Assembly (NCBI GenBank): GCA_963733195.1
Contig: CAVTCR010000062.1
Span: 96,001 to 160,000, forward strand
Direction: 5' to 3'
From: an uncultured delta proteobacterium
Lineage (GTDB): Bacteria; Desulfobacterota; Binatia; Bin18
DNA length: 64,000 nucleotides
Made by a program: the position numbers and the translations under genes. The notes under the pieces were generated by a model. That model saw nothing but the letters and a program-made list of their open reading frames with translations. It searched no databases and was not told the DNA's origin. Below are positions 58,885 to 64,000 of this stretch, piece by piece. Each line of letters begins with the position of its first letter. The stretch's first letter is position 1.

Positions 58885-60069
58885 TCAGGATTTCTCCCCA
58901 CTCCCGCTCTCGCAGTTTGTGACTGTTGGCAACACAACAGACATGCAAGTTCCAACACCAGGAGTGCTGTCGACTTCGACTCGACCACCATGCGCCTCGA
59001 CTAAGACTTTGACAATGAAGAGCCCCAAGCCAGATCCTTCTCGTTTACGATCTCTCTTGGCTGTGCGGTATTTTTCGAACACGACGGCAATCTCCTCTGC
59101 TGTCATCCCCGGTCCAGTATCAGCCACCGATAGCACTATTTCGTCTCTCTGTCGTACGAAAGCACTAATAGAGACTTTTCCTCTTTCCGGAGTAAACTTC
59201 AGTGCATTATGGAGCAGGTTGGTAATTACCCGTTCCAGTGCCATCGTATCACCTCGCACCAAGGGCAACTCGTCGGGAAGAGAGAACTCAAGCGCGACTT
59301 GCAGGCGCTGTGCCTCTCGCTCGTATTGTTTTCCGACTCGACAGAGAACCTCACGCAGAGCGACAGCTCCTTTCGCTAAGACGACAGGGCGAGCCTCAAT
59401 TTTTGCTAGATCGAGATAGTTCATGACCAAGGTTGAGAGCGAAAAGGCACCACTGCGTAAACTGAGGAGCATATCAGTCTCCTCATGCGAAGAAGCGCGG
59501 GATTTGGCTTCACTTAATAGGAGGTCTGCGTACCCGAGAACAACACTTAGGGGGCTGCGAATATCGTGAGCTAGCATCTCTAAAAAGTCCGCCCGCTGAC
59601 GTTCGACATTCTTCTTCTGAGCAATATCTCGTAAGACAACCTGGATTCGCTGTGACCACCCATCACTCCCAAGTGCCCCAATATGCACCTCAACAGGAAC
59701 ACGAAAGCTGTCCTTGCGAACGACTTCTGTTTCCCAAGTAACATTCGTCTCAGTCAACACACTTTGTTGCAATTGCTGCAGTGCTAAGGGTGCGGTCACC
59801 GGCGAGAAAATTTCCGTGTACGAATGTGTGACGATTTCATGAGGCGCGTAGCCTAACAGTGCTTCAGCACGACGATTGACATGCGAGATTATTCCATCCC
59901 TATCACAGACAAGCATGGCTTCCACGGCGTTCTCAAAAAGCTGACGGTAAAAATCGACAGACGCTGGGCTCTGAGAAAGAAAATCTGGTCCACCCATGAC
60001 TCCTTGCGTTTTCTCACTCTTTTGTTTGCTCGTTGCATCTGTCGGATAATCCGGTTCTCGCTTCTTCAC
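58885..60069 (-). CDS. PAS-domain sensor histidine kinase
   Basis: VNRRAEALLGY PAS; AHDIRSPL H-box; NLLHNALKFT, DTGPGM, GSGLGL. Confidence 0.92.
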   Translation of the reverse strand: MKKREPDYPTDATSKQKSEKTQGVMGGPDFLSQSPASVDFYRQLFENAVEAMLVCDRDGIISHVNRRAEALLGYAPHEIVTHSYTEIFSPVTAPLALQQLQQSVLTETNVTWETEVVRKDSFRVPVEVHIGALGSDGWSQRIQVVLRDIAQKKNVERQRADFLEMLAHDIRSPLSVVLGYADLLLSEAKSRASSHEETDMLLSLRSGAFSLSTLVMNYLDLAKIEARPVVLAKGAVALREVLCRVGKQYEREAQRLQVALEFSLPDELPLVRGDTMALERVITNLLHNALKFTPERGKVSISAFVRQRDEIVLSVADTGPGMTAEEIAVVFEKYRTAKRDRKREGSGLGLFIVKVLVEAHGGRVEVDSTPGVGTCMSVVLPTVTNCESGSGEKS

Positions 60070-60133
60070 CTTGTTGACCTCCCCGTCAGAAAAGGTTTAT
60101 GTGGGCCGCACACGTCTACGAAGGAGGCGCAGC

Positions 60134-60904
60134 ATGTCGGAGATTCTTTGCACGGTAAAAGACGGGATTGCCACAATCACGATGAATCGACCAGAGAAAC
60201 GCAACGCACTTAATACCGCACTTATTGACGGCTTTCGCTCTATGTTTCAACAATTGGAAACCAACGCTGATGTTCGTGTGGTCATCATTCGCGGCGAAGG
60301 AAAAGCCTTCTGCTCTGGCATCGACTTGCGCGAGCTCAGTTCGCGGCAACAAGCTGAAGCAGACCCGGAAACTGGCGTCGTACAAATCTTTCAACAGATC
60401 GAACGCTCGCGTCATCCTACTATTGCCATGGTCCAAGGTGATGCTCTCGCCGGTGGCTGCGAACTGGCACTGCATTGCGATCTGCGCGTCGTTGCGGACG
60501 TCGCCCGTTTCGGCATGCCACTGGCGCGCTTGGGATTGGTCGTTCCCTTCCCTCTTGGTCAAAAACTGGTGGAAATCGTCGGCCCAGCTTTTACCAAACA
60601 GATCTTGCTCACCGGGCAACCTATTGACGCCAAACGCGCGTATGAAATCGGGATGATTCATCACCTTGTCTCCCCAAGTGAACTTGAGAGTACCACCTAT
60701 GCACTCGCCCGCACGATCGCTGACAACGCTCCCCTCTCGCTCGCGGGAATGAAAGCCATGATTCTGCGATCGATCTCGCTCCGTGAAACTATCAATGCAC
60801 AGGACCTCCACGAGATGGTGAACCGTGCTCGCAAAAGTACCGACGCCAAAGAAGGAGTCTTGGCCATGCTTGAAAAACGCAAGCCTACTTTTCGTGGGCA
60901 CTGA
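60134..60904 (+). CDS. Enoyl-CoA hydratase/isomerase family protein
   Basis: NRPEKRNAL, FCSGIDL, AGGCELALHCDLR; RBS aaggagg. Confidence 0.92.
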   Translation: MSEILCTVKDGIATITMNRPEKRNALNTALIDGFRSMFQQLETNADVRVVIIRGEGKAFCSGIDLRELSSRQQAEADPETGVVQIFQQIERSRHPTIAMVQGDALAGGCELALHCDLRVVADVARFGMPLARLGLVVPFPLGQKLVEIVGPAFTKQILLTGQPIDAKRAYEIGMIHHLVSPSELESTTYALARTIADNAPLSLAGMKAMILRSISLRETINAQDLHEMVNRARKSTDAKEGVLAMLEKRKPTFRGH

Positions 60905-60906
60905 CT

Positions 60907-61407
60907 GTGCTTCCAAACCTGCGTACTACTCTGACCGCAGTTGCCATCTTGGGGGTACTCTTGGTGTACTTTCCGTTGCATTTGCTCCGCTTTGATGGTC
61001 AAGTTCACGGAGCGCTGAGACCCCTGCTGCCATATAGTGGGGTGGTGTTGTTTGTTACGGGGTTCGCTCTGAGCTTTTCTGGGACATACTATTTGATTCG
61101 CCGTGGAGGCGGTACTCCTCTGTTGTGTAGAGAAACGGATCGGCTGGTAGTTGCAGGCCCCTACTCTTATCTTCAACATCCAATCCTGCTGGGAATACTC
61201 GTGATACTGTTTGGTGAAGCGCTGTGGTTGCGCTCGCCAAGCGTGGGTATATACGCCGTTGTGTTGGCGATATTGAGTCACTGTTATGTGGTCTACATCG
61301 AGGAACCACAGTTGACACAGCGATTTGGTATAGATTATCGCTCCTACCGACGTGCCGTGCCTCGCTGGCTGCCGCAACTGACTGAGTCGAGAAAGGAAGG
61401 ACTGTAA
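60907..61407 (+). CDS. Isoprenylcysteine carboxyl methyltransferase / PEMT-like membrane protein
   Basis: LVVAGPYSYLQHP, EEPQLTQRFG, YRRAVPRW motifs. Confidence 0.85.
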   Translation: MLPNLRTTLTAVAILGVLLVYFPLHLLRFDGQVHGALRPLLPYSGVVLFVTGFALSFSGTYYLIRRGGGTPLLCRETDRLVVAGPYSYLQHPILLGILVILFGEALWLRSPSVGIYAVVLAILSHCYVVYIEEPQLTQRFGIDYRSYRRAVPRWLPQLTESRKEGL

Positions 61408-61506
61408 GCAGACGGGTCGTGTATCACTTCTCCCGTCCTGCCATCTCTTGGTATCTATTCGCCAATGAAACGGAAGATGCTTTTCCGTCTGGAAGGAGGA
61501 TAAACA

Positions 61507-62394
61507 ATGCGTTTTGGTGTGCATCTGGTTGCTGCCGGGAAAATGATCGAAGGAGAAAGCATTGCTCGCGCCGCCCGACGTGCGGAGGAGCTTGGATACG
61601 ACTCGTTGTGGGTAAGTGATCATATTATCTTTCCGACACAATTACAGTCAGCGTATCCGTATTCTCCAGATGGCAAATTACCCCTTGACCCAAACAATCC
61701 CTTGCTCGAACCCTTCACCGTGCTCAGTTACGCTGCTGCGGTGACGAAAAAAATAAAACTGGGCACCAGCGTGATCATCGTTCCGTACCGTGACCCTCTC
61801 GTCACAGCAAAAATTGTTTCCTCCTTGGACGTTCTCTCTGGCGGACGATTCATCTTCGGTGTCGGGGTAGGCTGGTTGGAGGAAGAATTTCGTGCCTTGC
61901 GGCAAAACCTCCGTGACCGCGCGGCACAGACCCGCGAGGCGCTGTTGGCCATGAAAGCCTGTTGGACACAAGATTCCCCTGAGTTTCACGGCAAATTTTT
62001 TGATTTTTCCGAAATCAAATTCGCTCCCAAGCCGCGACAAAAACCCTACCCTCCAATTTGGTTTGGCGGGAACTCGCTCCCTGCTTTGAAGCGAGCAGTG
62101 GAGTGCGGAGATGGTTGGCACGCAGTATGGGAGACTCCAGAAGAGGTTACCGAGAAAGCCAAAATTCTTCGCGATCTGTGCACCAAGGCAGGAAAAAACT
62201 TTGCTGATTTTCCGCTCACCATTAACGTGAACAACCGTGTTCCTTACACCATAGAGAACGTAAAGAAATATGAAGCTGCTGGCATCAGTATGATGTTTAT
62301 TCCGCGTTCCTTTCAAGCGGATGTCGATACCTTGATTGAGAACATGGAAAAATTTGCCAAAGAAATAAAAGACCCCCTCGAAAAACAACGATAG
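61507..62394 (+). CDS. LLM-class probable F420-dependent oxidoreductase (Rv2161c-like)
   Basis: YDSLWVSDH, SAYPYS, LDVLSGGRFIFGVGVGWLEEEF, PPIWFGG motifs. Confidence 0.9.
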   Translation: MRFGVHLVAAGKMIEGESIARAARRAEELGYDSLWVSDHIIFPTQLQSAYPYSPDGKLPLDPNNPLLEPFTVLSYAAAVTKKIKLGTSVIIVPYRDPLVTAKIVSSLDVLSGGRFIFGVGVGWLEEEFRALRQNLRDRAAQTREALLAMKACWTQDSPEFHGKFFDFSEIKFAPKPRQKPYPPIWFGGNSLPALKRAVECGDGWHAVWETPEEVTEKAKILRDLCTKAGKNFADFPLTINVNNRVPYTIENVKKYEAAGISMMFIPRSFQADVDTLIENMEKFAKEIKDPLEKQR

Positions 62395-62843
62395 CTCCCA
62401 AGGAGGTAGCCTATCAGGGTTCTCTCCTGTAGAGAAATGCATATCTCTCCTGAGATGATCGGACCTGGGTTGAATCACTATTCGAGTAGAAGCGAGTAAG
62501 ATTTGGACAATTTATGCGCCAGAGAGATTCACTTTCTGTTACGACTGAAGGGGACAGAAAGTGAAACCTCAAGGCTTGAGTATAGCATAGTTCTCTTGGA
62601 TATCAGGGCTCAATTTTCATAAGAAAATAAGACTCGAAGTTCTCTATCTTTTGGACAACACGCGAATAAGGCTCATTTTTTCTTAAGGAGACGTTGCCTC
62701 ACAGGACGCCGGTAGCAACTGCACGTGTTGAATATCTTTGACAGATTCATGAAGACACCTATCGGTGAAATGCGAAAATCCTGAGCAAAGAATTAGTAGT
62801 AGCGATTGTCCATCGCTATCTCGTGTACGAGAGAGGAAGAGAT

Positions 62844-64000
62844 ATGGCAGATCGACATCTTGAACTTGGCGTGTTTGCCCCAACCATTGGGTGTCTTCCA
62901 CCACAAGGCAAATCCTCTTTTATGCTTGTCTCTGGAGCTGAGCAGCGTACAGAACCAACGTTCGACTATAACCGCCGAGTCGCTGAGATGCTTGATAGCG
63001 CTGGACTTGAAGTATTCTTTATGGCGCAACGTGGGAGGGGATTTGGCCCATCAGATTTTTGGGGGACCTCGCTTGACTCGGTCACCAGTGCGGCAGCTCT
63101 GGCCATGGTGACAAAACAGATAAAAATCGTTTCTACGGTCCACACGGCGTTTCTCCATCCTGGAGTACTCGCGCGGATGGGGGCGACTCTTGACCAAATC
63201 ACGAATGGTCGTTGGGGTTTGAATCTCGTCAGCGGGTGGACACACAAAGACTTTCACATGCTCAACATTCCGTTTCTTGAGCATGACGAACGATACCAAC
63301 AAACAGCAGAGTTCGTCGAAGTGCTGGAGAAATTTTGGACGATGGACTGGTTTGATTACAACGGCAAACATTTCACGATTCAGCAAGGAATCTGCAACCC
63401 CAAACCGATCCATCTGCCGCCTTTGTATAATGCGGGAAGTTCCCCAGCCGGCAAAGACTTCACTGCACGTTACTGCAATTGGTACTTTACCGGTGCGGTG
63501 ACACCGCAACAGGTCAAAGCAGAAATTGCCGATGTCCGCGCACGAGCCGCAAAGTACGGACGGGATATTCATTTCATTACCTATGTTTTTGTCTTGTGTC
63601 GCGAGACCGAAGCACAAGCCGAGAAAGAAGCAGACGAGATTCTTTCGCTCGGAGACTTCACAGCCGCGCAAGAGCTGATAGAGGGCCTCACTGGCCAAAC
63701 CATCGGCACAGCAGCTTCAATCATAGGTCAGGGTGTAACACCAGAGCAAATGTTAGCCGCAGTTGTTCTCGGTGTGGGGAGTGCCAAATTGATCGGCACT
63801 CCGAAACAAGTCGCCCTCAAGTTGTCACAACTCCAAAAGGCAGGCATTGATGCAGTGGGTCTCACTTTTCGTCATGTTGAAGAAGAAATGGCAGACTTTA
63901 TTGAGAAGGTTTTGCCACGCCTCGAAGAGATGGGCGTGCGTCAGCCACGACCACGCAAGGTAATTCCTTTCAGTCGAGCAGCAGGGGGAATTCAGCAACG
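62844..64000 (+). CDS. LLM-class flavin-dependent monooxygenase (runs off window end)
   Basis: ATG 62844 MADRHLELGVFAP...; DQITNGRWGLNLVSGW, HDERY, NAGSSPAG motifs; no stop before the window end, so absent from the ORF track. Confidence 0.88.
   Translation, partial: MADRHLELGVFAPTIGCLPPQGKSSFMLVSGAEQRTEPTFDYNRRVAEMLDSAGLEVFFMAQRGRGFGPSDFWGTSLDSVTSAAALAMVTKQIKIVSTVHTAFLHPGVLARMGATLDQITNGRWGLNLVSGWTHKDFHMLNIPFLEHDERYQQTAEFVEVLEKFWTMDWFDYNGKHFTIQQGICNPKPIHLPPLYNAGSSPAGKDFTARYCNWYFTGAVTPQQVKAEIADVRARAAKYGRDIHFITYVFVLCRETEAQAEKEADEILSLGDFTAAQELIEGLTGQTIGTAASIIGQGVTPEQMLAAVVLGVGSAKLIGTPKQVALKLSQLQKAGIDAVGLTFRHVEEEMADFIEKVLPRLEEMGVRQPRPRKVIPFSRAAGGIQQ

Noticed and set aside
60116-62478. Long antisense ORFs (60116..60916, 60697..61641, 61678..62478)
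   Set aside because: Shadows of well-supported plus-strand genes, with no motifs
62528-62565. Hairpin ttcactttctgt...acagaaagtgaa as a structured RNA
   Set aside because: A single 12-bp stem with no further structure or family motif; may be a simple terminator
1-64000. CRISPR array, tRNA, rRNA, reverse transcriptase/DGR
   Set aside because: No repeat-spacer pattern, cloverleaf, rRNA-like stretch or RT motif recognised by eye

Overview
64 kb of bacterial chromosome, mostly metabolic and housekeeping genes. Gene content (zinc-ribbon/cyclase/AAA/TPR paralogs, several LLM/F420-type oxidoreductases, half-size MetE proteins, many crotonases) suggests a Binatia/Tectomicrobia-like lineage; this is inference only. 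Core content: hydantoinase A subunit, a short Rho lacking its RNA-binding domain, an LptF-LptG fusion, a cobamide salvage operon (cobU-cobT-cbiZ-cbiB-cobD) near infA and a QueG/CblC-like Fe-S protein, truA, mltA, pcs, ribE, coaE, an acyl-CoA catabolic cluster with a Cys-less thiolase/DUF35 pair, and two histidine kinases. Accessory content found by reading between the ORFs: a decayed defence islet at 10.8-13.4 kb (PIN toxin remnant with intact antitoxin, hsdS C-terminal remnant, a broken stand-alone TOPRIM gene), a second TA remnant at 44.7-45.4 kb, an internally deleted mscL, and a REP-associated tyrosine transposase with GTAG-type REPs around it, inside it and inside a cyclase gene. The most striking unexplained signal is about 20 short degenerate arrays with 7-nt (one family 8-nt) periodicity, of several unrelated unit sequences. 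Many form inverted pairs just after stop codons, and some lie within the linkers of the cyclase genes. Single-base frameshifts cluster at 38-49 kb and include essential coaE, so many are probably sequencing or assembly errors. No rRNA, tRNA or CRISPR array was recognised.
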